Origin: Patescibacteria group bacterium
Lineage (GTDB): Bacteria > Patescibacteriota > Patescibacteriia > SG8-24
Direction: 5' to 3'
Length of the DNA: 64,000 bases
Assembly: GCA_041667185.1 (NCBI GenBank)
Contig: JBAYFM010000006.1
Coordinates: forward strand, 6,591-70,590
Part shown: piece after piece, positions 11,399 through 19,727 of the stretch
Layout of the letters: every line of letters begins with the position of its first letter
Numbering within the stretch: the first letter of the stretch is position 1
Translations under genes and position numbers: made by a program
The notes under the pieces: generated by a model
Told to the model about the DNA's origin: nothing
Database searches by the model: none
What the model saw: only the letters and a program-made list of their open reading frames with translations

Positions 11399-12637
11399 TT
11401 GTTCACGCGGCGCCCCGCAAGTGTTAAAGTGAAGGGGCCAGCAGGCCGGGTTTCCGGCCGTGATCCCGCCAATGTGAACAACGCGAACATCCCGTCCAAC
11501 GAAACGCCGACTACCCGCCGAGAGAGCATCTCCCGGCGGGTAGTTTTGGCTCTCAGGGAATCTTTCTGGGCTAACATCGCCGCCTGGAGCGCGATTTTCT
11601 TCGCGGTCGTCCTGGGTCTGGCCGCGCTCGGCTGGTTTTTCTGGACCGGCGACCGCGCGGCCAGCGGGGGATCGTTTTTCTCGCGGTTCGTCCGCGAGTC
11701 CGCGCCAGCCGCGGCACCGCCGGCGGCCGAGACTCCAGCTGCGCCCATGGTCCGGCGGGCCATTGACGGCCTGCCTCTCGCAGCAGCCGCTGACGATACC
11801 GGATATTTCGCCGTGACCGTGGAGAACATGATCGAGGCCCGGCCGCTGTCCGGACTCGCCGCCGCCGCGCTCGTCATCGAAGCTCCGGTCGAGGGCGGCA
11901 TCACGCGCTTCCTGGCCGTGTATCCGGCCGCCGCGACGGTCGGTAAGATCGGTCCGGTGCGCTCGGCCCGGCCCTATTTCGTCGAGTGGTCGCGGGAATT
12001 CGGCGCGCTTTACGCCCACGTCGGCGGCAGCCCGGACGCCCTGAAGATCCTGAACGCTGCCTCGCCGCGCAGCCTCAACCAATTCTTCTGGGGAAAATAT
12101 TTCTGGCGCGATGCCGGCCGCCAGATGCCGCACAATGTCTACACGTCCGTCGAGTTGCTGGCCGGCGGGAATTCGGCGCGCTATGGCAGCCAGGCCGCGG
12201 CGCTGCCTCGGTCCTGGAAGTTTAAGGAGGAAGCGGCGCTCGAGGAGCGGCCGGCGGCTTCGCCCGACATTGTCGTTGATTATTCGACGCCGACCTATCG
12301 CGCCGCCTGGAAATATGACCGGGCCCGCAACATCTACCGCCGCTATCAGAATGACAGCTTGCAGCGCGACGACGCCGGTGCGGACATCCAGGCGAAGAAC
12401 GTCCTGGTGCAGTTCGCCAAAGTGGTCGTGCTCGACGAGGCTGGCCGCCGCAGCATCCAGACCGCCGGCCAAGGTCCGGCGCTGGCCGCTGTCGATGGCC
12501 GGACCATTTCCGCCACCTGGAAGAGCCTCGTGGACGGCCGGACCAGATTCTATGACGACCAGGGTGTTGAGATTACGTTCAATGCCGGGCCGACCTGGAT
12601 CGAGGTCGTGCCGCTCGGATCAGACGTGGCGCATTGA
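11399..12637 (+). CDS. DUF3048-like membrane-anchored protein (YerB family; tentative)
   Basis: N-terminal TM, then a domain with ITRFLAVYP / ARPYFVEWS / GALYAHVGGS stretches reminiscent of DUF3048. Confidence 0.45.
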   Translation: MFTRRPASVKVKGPAGRVSGRDPANVNNANIPSNETPTTRRESISRRVVLALRESFWANIAAWSAIFFAVVLGLAALGWFFWTGDRAASGGSFFSRFVRESAPAAAPPAAETPAAPMVRRAIDGLPLAAAADDTGYFAVTVENMIEARPLSGLAAAALVIEAPVEGGITRFLAVYPAAATVGKIGPVRSARPYFVEWSREFGALYAHVGGSPDALKILNAASPRSLNQFFWGKYFWRDAGRQMPHNVYTSVELLAGGNSARYGSQAAALPRSWKFKEEAALEERPAASPDIVVDYSTPTYRAAWKYDRARNIYRRYQNDSLQRDDAGADIQAKNVLVQFAKVVVLDEAGRRSIQTAGQGPALAAVDGRTISATWKSLVDGRTRFYDDQGVEITFNAGPTWIEVVPLGSDVAH

Positions 12638-12652
12638 TCGCGCCGCGAGCGG

Positions 12653-13090
12653 ATGAATATGAGATTTGTTCATCGGACCAGCGGTAATAGTGCGGCGGCT
12701 TTCTCCGCGATGGAGCTGCTTTTGACGGTCGCGGTTTTTGGCCTGTTCATTTCCCTGGTGCTCATCGGCGTCGCCGGCCGCCAAGCGGCGCGGCGCGACG
12801 TGACTCGCGTCGCCAATATGGACCAGCTGCAGAAGGCGCTGGCCATGTATGTTTCCGATGCCCAGGAGTATCCGGAAATGAAAGGGTGCGTGACGGGCGA
12901 TGATCCGCTGATGCTGGCGCTGAAAGAAAAGAAATTCTTTGACGACAAGGCCGTGCTTCGGGATCCGAAGACGCCGGACGACGCCGGCGGCTGTTTCTAT
13001 TATGACGGCGGCGGCAGCGCTTACTCGCTGCGTTACGTCTTGGAGACCGATGCCGTCGATTCCAAGGGCGAGCATTTCCTCGCGCCGTGA
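12653..13090 (+). CDS. type IV pilin-like (prepilin-type N-terminal domain) protein
   Basis: AAFSAMELLLTVAVFGLFISLVLIGVA matches the class-III leader (F+1, E+5) with Ala at -1. It is followed by the pseudopilin-like RQAARRDVTRVANMDQLQKALAMY. Confidence 0.55.
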   Translation: MNMRFVHRTSGNSAAAFSAMELLLTVAVFGLFISLVLIGVAGRQAARRDVTRVANMDQLQKALAMYVSDAQEYPEMKGCVTGDDPLMLALKEKKFFDDKAVLRDPKTPDDAGGCFYYDGGGSAYSLRYVLETDAVDSKGEHFLAP

Positions 13091-13103
13091 TCCTTTTGGC
13101 GGA

Positions 13104-13985
13104 TCAGTGGCGGCAATTCCGGCTGAAATGGATGCCGATCGTCACGCGCGACCAGTTGAGTATCTTGCCGGCTGCGAGGCCGGGTATTTTTTTTGCGGCC
13201 GCGGCGGCGAGGGCGCGGTATTGGCCGGGCAGGATTTCGCAGAAGAGATGCAGGTGCGCTTGCGGTCCCAGGGCGGCGGCGAGCTGGTCCAGGAGCCGAT
13301 AGTATAAGATGAGGCCGTCGCGTCCGCCGGCGAGCGCGGTCCGGGGTTCGTGCCGTCGGACGTCCGGCGGCAGGCGGCGCAGGGCCGCGGTCGGTATATA
13401 CGGCAGGTTGGCGACGATGATCAACGTGTCGGCTTGCCGCGCGGTCTTCAGGAACGGGGAGAGCAGATCGCCGCGGCGGAAAATGATCTTTTTGTTCAAT
13501 CCAAAAGCGCGGGCGTTGCGGCGGGCGATTGCCAGGGCGGCCGGCGAGATGTCGGTCGCTCCGATCCGCCAGTCCGGAGTTTCGGCCGCCGCGGTGATGG
13601 CGAGGCAGCCGGAACCGGTGCCGATGTCGAAGAACGCGGCGCGCGGGTGGTCGGCCCGCAGTCTGATGATCTCCTGGGCGATGATCTCAGTGGCGGGGCG
13701 GGGGATGAGGGTGGCCTCGGAGACCGCGAACTCGCGCCCCAGGAACGGCGCGCGGCCGACGAGGTAAGCGACCGGTTCATGGCAGAGCCGCCGCGCGATC
13801 ATCAAAAAGAAACGCCGCGCTCGCGCTGGCGCCAGTTTTTTTTCAGGATCCGCTATCAGCGCTTCCCGGCTGAGACCCGCGGCCGCGGTCAAAAAAAGCT
13901 CGCTCTCGCGCCAGGGATCGTTCCCGGCGCAGCGATGTTTCTTGAGCAGTTCCGCGCCCGCGCGCAGGGCTTCTTTAAGCGTCAT
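13104..13985 (-). CDS. prmC: release-factor glutamine N5-methyltransferase PrmC/HemK
   Basis: [15 protein letters not shown] motif and IVANLPYIP (an NPPY variant), directly downstream of prfA. The start was chosen at MTLKEAL. Confidence 0.8.
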   Translation of the reverse strand: MTLKEALRAGAELLKKHRCAGNDPWRESELFLTAAAGLSREALIADPEKKLAPARARRFFLMIARRLCHEPVAYLVGRAPFLGREFAVSEATLIPRPATEIIAQEIIRLRADHPRAAFFDIGTGSGCLAITAAAETPDWRIGATDISPAALAIARRNARAFGLNKKIIFRRGDLLSPFLKTARQADTLIIVANLPYIPTAALRRLPPDVRRHEPRTALAGGRDGLILYYRLLDQLAAALGPQAHLHLFCEILPGQYRALAAAAAKKIPGLAAGKILNWSRVTIGIHFSRNCRH

Positions 13986-14019
13986 GAGCGGTCCGGTCCG
14001 GCGTGATCCCCGCCGCGGC

Positions 14020-15093
14020 TCAGTCTTCATTATCTTCCTCGTCGCCCATGGCGCCCGCGCGCAGGGCGGCAAGCAGCGTCTCCAGTCCGCCGTCGAGGAT
14101 GGTCTGGATGTTGTGCCAGGATTTCTTGATGCGGTGGTCGGTGACGCGATCTTGGGGGAAATTGTAGGTGCGGATCTTCTCGGAGCGTTCGCCGCTGCCG
14201 ATCTGGCCGCGCCGGAGCGCTTTCTCCGCGGCCTGGCGCTTCTCTTCTTCGATGGCGAGCAGGCGCGAGCGCAGGATGCTCATCGCGCGTTCGCGGTTCT
14301 GGGTCTGGGAGCGCTCGTCCTGGCACTGGACGATCATGCCGGTCGGCAGATAGGTGATGCGCACGGCCGAATAGGTCGTCTGGACGCTCTGGCCGCCGTG
14401 GCCGCCGGAGAGGAAGGTGTCGACGCGCAGGTCCTTAGCCTCGATCTTGATATCAATATCTTCGGCTTCGGGCATGGCGGCGACCGTCACGGTCGAGGTG
14501 TGGATGCGGCCGGTCTTCTCGGTCTCCGGCACGCGCTGGACGCGGTGCACGCCGCTCTCGAATTTCAGGTCGCGGTAGGCGTTCGTGCCTTCGACGAAGA
14601 AGATGACCTCTTTGACGCCGCCGAGTTCGGTCCGGCTGAGCGAGGACATCTTGGTCTTCCAGCCGCGGCGTTCGGCGTAGCGCGAGTACATGCGAAAGAG
14701 TTCGGCCGCGAACAGCGCGGCCTCTTCGCCGCCGGCGCCGGCGCGGATCTCGACGTAGCAGTTCTTCCGGTCGAGCGGTTCGGGCGGCACGAGCGCGGCT
14801 TCGAGTTCGATCCGCTGCTCCGCCTCCGCGGCGGTCAGCCGCTCCAGTTCCTCGCGGGCGAGCTGCTGCATCTCCGGATCATCGCCCAGGGCTGCGGCCG
14901 CGCGGGCCTCTTCCTTGGCGGCGGCGGTCGCGAGGTACTTGTCGCCGATCTCCAAGCACTCCTTGGTCGCGGAATATTCCAGACCCAGGTCTTTCATCTT
15001 TTTCTGGTCGCCCAGGACCTCGGGACTCGAAAGCAGCCGCTCCAGTTCGGCGACGCGTTGCTTCTTGGTCTCCAGGGCTTTGTTGATGTCCAT
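14020..15093 (-). CDS. prfA: peptide chain release factor 1
   Basis: GGQ motif ([12 protein letters not shown]) and a PxT-type tripeptide ([14 protein letters not shown]). The start was trimmed to MDINKALE at 15093. Confidence 0.9.
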   Translation of the reverse strand: MDINKALETKKQRVAELERLLSSPEVLGDQKKMKDLGLEYSATKECLEIGDKYLATAAAKEEARAAAALGDDPEMQQLAREELERLTAAEAEQRIELEAALVPPEPLDRKNCYVEIRAGAGGEEAALFAAELFRMYSRYAERRGWKTKMSSLSRTELGGVKEVIFFVEGTNAYRDLKFESGVHRVQRVPETEKTGRIHTSTVTVAAMPEAEDIDIKIEAKDLRVDTFLSGGHGGQSVQTTYSAVRITYLPTGMIVQCQDERSQTQNRERAMSILRSRLLAIEEEKRQAAEKALRRGQIGSGERSEKIRTYNFPQDRVTDHRIKKSWHNIQTILDGGLETLLAALRAGAMGDEEDNED

Positions 15094-15168
15094 ATAAAAA
15101 TGGCGGAGGTTCGGAGGCCCGGCCGCAAGGGGCCGGGACGCCGGGACTTCCGCCACTTTAAAATTTAC

Positions 15169-15447
15169 CTAAGCGGACTTTTTCAGGGCTTTCTTGGCCT
15201 TGCGCTCGGCGGTCTTGGTCTTCTTGGAAGCGACGGTCTCGGTCGACTTCTTGGCCTTGCGCTCCTGGAATTTCTCCACGCGCCGCGCGGTGTCGACGAG
15301 CTTCTGCTTGCCGGTGTAGAACGGATGGCAGTTCGAACAAAGCTCGACGTTGATCTCTTCAACGGTCGAACCGACGGTGAACGTGTTGCCGCAGGCGCAG
15401 ATCACCTTGGCTTCCGGGAAATAGGTCGGGTGGATACCTTTTTTCAT
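15169..15447 (-). CDS. rpmE: 50S ribosomal protein L31
   Basis: MKKGIHPTY...CxCxnCxxCHP zinc ribbon plus a lysine-rich tail. Confidence 0.85.
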   Translation of the reverse strand: MKKGIHPTYFPEAKVICACGNTFTVGSTVEEINVELCSNCHPFYTGKQKLVDTARRVEKFQERKAKKSTETVASKKTKTAERKAKKALKKSA

Positions 15448-15622
15448 AGGCTCTGATAGCTAAATTTCGATGACAGGAGGTTAGCACGGCGGAAGAAATG
15501 TATCAAGTCTGGAGCGGGTCAGGCGGCTGTCACCGGTCAGTCGCAGCGTGAGCGACGGGGTTCGGTGGATATATATTAAAGATATCCGGGATAAGCGCCA
15601 GCGGCGTCGGCCGCCAGCCTCT

Positions 15623-15651
15623 TGCCAGTTCCGGCGGCATTAGGTAATCTA
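15623..15651 (+). promoter_or_regulatory. candidate sigma70-like promoter TTGCCA-N17-TAATCT; would give a ~185-nt rpsB 5' leader
   Basis: Hexamers with 17-bp spacing inside the 390-bp divergent rpmE/rpsB intergenic region. Confidence 0.35.
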
Positions 15652-15838
15652 TCGTCCGTGGAAAGCGTCCATCGCACTAAGTCCGCAAGGACCGCGCGAC
15701 ACGGTGTTTTCCCGCTTATTCATCCCACATACGCCCCATTTTCAAAGTGACGCGTCCTGCCGCGTAAAATCCGCTGAAGCGGATCACGCGGTCGCGCCGC
15801 CGGGTGCGTAGAGGTCTAAGGAACATTTTTTTGTTTCT

Positions 15839-16576
15839 ATGCCTAAATTACCGACAGTCCTGGAGCTCCTCCAGGCCGGAGTCCACTTCGGACATCAGTC
15901 GTCCCGCTGGCACCCTAAGATGAAGCCGTACATCTTCGGCGCGCGGAACGGCATCCATATCGTCGATCTCGAAAAAACGCTCGTGAAGCTGGGCGAAGCG
16001 CTCGACTTCGTGCGCGACACCGTCGCCCGCGGCGGCGTCGTTTTGTTCCTCGGCACCAAGCGCCAGGCCAAGGATATCGTCAAGTCGGCCGCGCTCGATT
16101 GCGGCATGCCGTACGTCTGCGGCCGCTGGCTCGGCGGCACGCTCACGAACTATGTCGAGGTCATGCGGCTCATCAAACATTTCAATGACCTCAAGGCCCA
16201 GCAGGCTTCCGGCGCGCTCGCCAAATACACCAAGAAGGAGCAGTCCAACTTCGCCAAGGAGATCGAGGATCTCGAGAACAAGGTCGGCGGCATCAAGAAC
16301 CTGACCCGTCCGCCGGACGCGCTCTTCATCATCGACGTCAAGAAAGAGAAGACCGCCCTCGACGAGGCTCAGACCCGGAAGATCCCGGTCATCGCCCTCT
16401 CCGACACCAATGTCAATCCGGAGGATATCACTTATCCCATCCCGTCGAACGATGACGCTATCAAGACCATCGAACTCATGACCAAACTCGTGGCCGAGGC
16501 GGTCAAAGAGGGCAAGGTCATCCGCGAGAAGGCGGTCACCGCTCCGAAAGTCGTCGCCGCCGCTCCGAAAGCGTAA
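15839..16576 (+). CDS. rpsB: 30S ribosomal protein S2
   Basis: LLQAGVHFGHQSSRWHPKM signature; 245 aa. Confidence 0.93.
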   Translation: MPKLPTVLELLQAGVHFGHQSSRWHPKMKPYIFGARNGIHIVDLEKTLVKLGEALDFVRDTVARGGVVLFLGTKRQAKDIVKSAALDCGMPYVCGRWLGGTLTNYVEVMRLIKHFNDLKAQQASGALAKYTKKEQSNFAKEIEDLENKVGGIKNLTRPPDALFIIDVKKEKTALDEAQTRKIPVIALSDTNVNPEDITYPIPSNDDAIKTIELMTKLVAEAVKEGKVIREKAVTAPKVVAAAPKA

Positions 16577-16606
16577 GCGGAACTAACCGCAGCAACTGCG
16601 CAAATT

Positions 16607-17212
16607 ATGGCCATTGATGCCAAGACCATCAACGAACTTCGTAATCTGACCGGAGCCGGGATCGTCGACTGCAAGAACGCGCTCGAGGAGACCGCTGGCG
16701 ACGTCGCCAAGGCGACCGACATCCTGCGCAAGAAAGGCCTCGCCAAGTCCGCCAAACGCGAAGGTAAGGACACCAAGGCCGGACTCGTCTACGCCTACAT
16801 CCACGGCGAAGGCCGCGTCGGCGTGCTCATCGAAGTCCAGTGCGAGACTGATTTCGTCGCGCGGACCGAACAGTTCAAACAATTCGTCCACGACGTCGCC
16901 ATGCAGGCCGCGGCCATGAACCCGCTGTACCTCTCCCCGGAAGCCGTTCCGGCCGAAGTGCTCGAGAAAGAGAAGGAGATCTACGCCGCCGAGTTCGCCG
17001 GTTCTTCGAAACCGAAAGAGATGGTCGAGAAGATCGTCTGCGGCAAGCTCGAGAAATATTTCTCCGAGACCTGTCTCACGAATCAGGCGTTCATCAAGGA
17101 TGAGGATAAGACCATCAGCGAGCTGTTGAAGGATATTTCCGCCAAGACCGGCGAGAAGGTTGTCCTGAAGCGCTTCGTCCGCTTCGCGCTTTCCGAGGCT
17201 TTGGTCTGCTGA
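16607..17212 (+). CDS. tsf: elongation factor Ts (short form)
   Basis: INELRNLTGAGIVDCKNAL UBA-like N-terminus and LIEVQCETDFVARTE; rpsB-tsf order. Confidence 0.9.
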   Translation: MAIDAKTINELRNLTGAGIVDCKNALEETAGDVAKATDILRKKGLAKSAKREGKDTKAGLVYAYIHGEGRVGVLIEVQCETDFVARTEQFKQFVHDVAMQAAAMNPLYLSPEAVPAEVLEKEKEIYAAEFAGSSKPKEMVEKIVCGKLEKYFSETCLTNQAFIKDEDKTISELLKDISAKTGEKVVLKRFVRFALSEALVC

Positions 17213-17250
17213 CCCGGGTCCGCATACACGCACGAACGAATGATATTCCA

Positions 17251-17276
17251 AACCCCGCCGCGTGGCGGGGTTTTTG
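17251..17276 (+). terminator. rho-independent terminator after tsf
   Basis: ccccgccgcgtggcgggg hairpin plus T5. Confidence 0.65.
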
Positions 17277-17299
17277 GCTGCTCCGCCCGCTTCACCCCC

Positions 17300-17570
17300 C
17301 CCATTGCTTCACCGCTCCAAATACTCCAGCACTCTCAAACTCCCTGACTCCGTCTCTCCCTGACTCCAGTACTCCAGAACTCCAGCACTCTCCCAATTGT
17401 TAGTGACCTCGGTGTCAGACACCGAGGAGATGGAGAGTGCGGAAGTGGAGGAGTGGGGGAGACACGATAAAACTTCAGCCCTCCAGCACTCCCTGACTCC
17501 GTCTCTCCCGCACTCCCGCACTCCGCCACGTCGTTCGCGAACGACGTGGCTCCCGCACTCTCCCAAGTTG
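17300..17570. repeat. dispersed composite palindromic repeat element (longest copy, R3)
   Basis: Multiple ctccagcactc / gactccgtctctccctgactcc units, an internal hairpin cctcggtgtcagacaccgagg, and the core palindrome at 17528-17547. Confidence 0.75.
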
Positions 17571-17667
17571 ACAACCCGCGAGGGGTGGATTAAGGTCGGC
17601 AACAGCTCTTTTCGCGGCCTGACGACAGGTCGGGTTTCTGTAGGTCATTGAAAATCCAAAGGAGTCG

Positions 17668-18276
17668 ATGATGCGGCACGAGCTTGATTTGCATTCTGCG
17701 TTGATCGCGGGAGTGGTAATAGGGATACTTTGGCCGCTATTGACCTATGTCATCCTCGTGGGGACGAAGTTGATGTCGGAGCCGGAGACTGCCCGCCACG
17801 AAGCCGGCCACGTCGTCGCGCATTTCGTCGGTTTCGGCAAGGCGCCGTATCGCGTCGCTCTGACTACGTTCCAACTGAGCAACACGATGGGGCGCACGAC
17901 GAACTGCAGCGGCGACGACTGTCGCGGCAATATCAGCGTGGCCGAGCAGTGGCACACGCTTGTGCTGCTCTTAGCTGGCATGGCCGCCGCTTCGTCGCGC
18001 GATGGCGGCGACAACGACATCCGCACCTTCCGGGATGTTGTTTTAGTCCTCCTGGATGAACAGCAAAGCGGTCAGGATATCAGTCCGCCGTGGCCCAACG
18101 ATCTGTCCCTCCGACAGTTTGACTTCACGGACATCAGCGAAGAGGCGTGGCGTCGGACGACCGAAGTGGTCGCCCAGCATCGTCCTCAGATTGACGCCTT
18201 GGCCGAAGCGCTTCTGCGCCGCGGCAGCCTCGAGCACGAGGAGATCGAGGCTATCATCGACGCGACCGGCAAGTGA
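17668..18276 (+). CDS. stand-alone FtsH-like M41 peptidase-domain protein (TM anchor, no AAA module)
   Basis: TARHEAGHVVA (FtsH TAYHEAGHA), GGDNDI (FtsH GASNDI), and a C-terminal HRPQIDALAEALLRRGSLEHEEIEAII that matches the FtsH helical tail. Confidence 0.65.
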   Translation: MMRHELDLHSALIAGVVIGILWPLLTYVILVGTKLMSEPETARHEAGHVVAHFVGFGKAPYRVALTTFQLSNTMGRTTNCSGDDCRGNISVAEQWHTLVLLLAGMAAASSRDGGDNDIRTFRDVVLVLLDEQQSGQDISPPWPNDLSLRQFDFTDISEEAWRRTTEVVAQHRPQIDALAEALLRRGSLEHEEIEAIIDATGK

Positions 18277-18295
18277 GTCCGCCGTTCGTCAGCTT

Positions 18296-18326
18296 GGCCG
18301 CCCTGCAATACTGCGGGGCGGTTTTT
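18296..18326 (+). terminator. rho-independent terminator
   Basis: ccgccctgcaatactgcggggcgg plus T5. An adjacent ccggacccagtccgggtccgg hairpin with a flanking A-run terminates the minus-strand gene. Confidence 0.6.
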
Positions 18327-18422
18327 AATTTCCTTTTTTTTGGCGCAATAAAAAAACCGGACCCAGTCCGGGTCCGGCAGAAAAGAACTGCGAGCGGTTG
18401 CCGTTCGATCATCGCTGCTGCG

Positions 18423-18779
18423 TCAGCCGCTTTGGCCGCCGCTGCCGTTGCTGTAGCGTCGGTTGCCGCTTGGTCCGTCATTCTTGAGGACGAGCGGATC
18501 GGACGGATCGGCGGCGACGATCGGATCCGCTTTCGACTGGAGGTCCGACTGCCGCGGCAGACACGCCGCGATCTCGCAGAATTGACGGAGGGTTTCCGCG
18601 GCCGCCTGTTTTCGGGCCGCCATTTCTTCAAGACTGATGCCGAATTTCCGGCAATGGTCGACCTCCCAGTCCGTCAGGCCGAGGCGCAGTTGTTGGCGCC
18701 GCGCCTGTTTCTCATCGAGTTTGATGATGAGCAATCCGACGGCGGCGACCGCGATCAGCAAAAGGACTCCTGCTGCCAT
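18423..18779 (-). CDS. hypothetical small membrane-anchored protein
   Basis: Start trimmed to MAAGVLLLIAVAAVGLLIIKL; a TM helix then a ~90-aa soluble part. It lies between the two M41 paralogs. Confidence 0.45.
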   Translation of the reverse strand: MAAGVLLLIAVAAVGLLIIKLDEKQARRQQLRLGLTDWEVDHCRKFGISLEEMAARKQAAAETLRQFCEIAACLPRQSDLQSKADPIVAADPSDPLVLKNDGPSGNRRYSNGSGGQSG

Positions 18780-18993
18780 GTGTTCTCCTTCCGTTGCCAA
18801 GGAACGATGTTTTCCGCAGACACGAATGATAGTCTTGCCCCAGCCGTTGTCAATGGCTTTTGAAGGCTGAGAACCAGGCTCCGTCGGACCCGAAGCGCCT
18901 TGACAAGACGGCATTTTTATGCTTAATTGTCAGGTTGCATCCGGCACACATCCGGGCTGAATAAGCTCTTTGATAACCCAGAAGGAGACCTCG

Positions 18994-19599
18994 ATGACCA
19001 CGGATTTTTCGGAGTGTTGGTATTTCCCGATGATGTTTCAGATCACGATGATTTTCTGTGGTTATCTCATCGGCGTACGCCATGCCTTTCGCAACAGCGA
19101 ATTTAATGCCAGGCATGAAGTTGGCCATACGATCGTAGGGCTAGCCAGCACTTGTCTCCAGGTGCATTACACGAAGCTGACGTCGCCACTCCTTCCATTC
19201 AGTGAAGAAGGAGGACGTGTGGTTTTCGGCGGGATCGATCTCAGCGGTCTCAACATTAATTCCAGCGCGTCTCTTTGGGAGTGCGGTGCGCTGGTGTCAG
19301 CCGGCGAGGTTGCCGTGCAGAGCGACATGGGCTGTGAAAATGACCTGGAGAATTTCGGATCGGTAGCGCGAGAATTGGTGCGCCGGCAGTCGGCTGGCGA
19401 GGATATCCGTCCGCCCTGGCAGACCGATGCCGTACGCCGATCGTATTCGGCCGCTGACATCCGCGAATTTTGTCTGGCACGCGCCAGCGAACTGCTGCGG
19501 CAACAAGCCGGTCTGATCGAACCGCTCATCGAAGCCCTTCTTCGCCAGCGCCGTCTTGACTGCGCGGAGATCGACATCATCGTCGCCAGTCAGGGTTGA
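18994..19599 (+). CDS. stand-alone FtsH-like M41 peptidase-domain protein (paralog)
   Basis: ARHEVGHTIVG and a C-terminal LIEPLIEALLRQRRLDCAEIDIIVA. There is a TM helix before the HExxH, and the ATG at 18994 has an AAGGAG RBS. Confidence 0.6.
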   Translation: MTTDFSECWYFPMMFQITMIFCGYLIGVRHAFRNSEFNARHEVGHTIVGLASTCLQVHYTKLTSPLLPFSEEGGRVVFGGIDLSGLNINSSASLWECGALVSAGEVAVQSDMGCENDLENFGSVARELVRRQSAGEDIRPPWQTDAVRRSYSAADIREFCLARASELLRQQAGLIEPLIEALLRQRRLDCAEIDIIVASQG

Positions 19600-19622
19600 G
19601 AGGTCAACGTCATTTCTTATAT

Positions 19623-19662
19623 GACCGTTTCGGGCAAACACCCGAGCGGTCATTTTATTTTT
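19623..19662 (+). terminator. rho-independent terminator
   Basis: gaccgtttcggg-caaacac-cccgagcggtc hairpin then attttattttt. Confidence 0.55.
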
Positions 19663-19663
19663 C

Positions 19664-19672
19664 TGATATAAT
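19664..19672 (+). promoter_or_regulatory. extended -10 promoter element TGATATAAT for the gap cluster
   Basis: Perfect TGnTATAAT 56 nt upstream of the gap ATG, directly after the terminator. Confidence 0.45.
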
Positions 19673-19727
19673 ATTTTCCTGTCGGCCAGCAGCTAACGGC
19701 CGGCAACTAAGCGCCAGATCAGCCATT

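Noticed and set aside
10967-12472. Long antisense ORFs in the track: the 501-aa minus-strand ORF here, and similar ones at 14942-15456(+), 19719-20801(-), 23747-24883(-), 25047-27065(-), 27081-28301(-), 28428-29801(-), 31048-32091(-), 32833-34398(-), 37602-39689(-), 45553-46752(+), 47642-48784(-), 59377-60411(+), 61234-62253(-), 62857-63687(-).
   Set aside because: Each lies fully antisense to a gene with clear conserved-family motifs (L25/DUF3048, prfA, gap, eno, gpmI, mutM, mltG, DUF2207, helicase, metK, dus, HlyD, MacB). Their products are Arg/Ala/Gly/Pro-rich low-complexity, as expected for stop-codon-poor antisense frames in ~66% GC DNA.
14020-15093. Alternative genetic code (code 25 / UGA reassignment), considered because of the RF1 PET variant.
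   Set aside because: All conserved genes translate full-length under the standard code with no in-frame TGA interruptions, and GC is high rather than Gracilibacteria-like low.
15448-15838. RNase P RNA / tmRNA / SRP RNA in the long rpmE-rpsB spacer.
   Set aside because: The conserved signatures are absent on both strands (RNase P P4 GGAAAGUCCGGGCU...ACAGAA, the tmRNA tRNA-like 3' end, the SRP GGAAGCAGCCA motif). Only an aagtccg 7-mer matched by chance.
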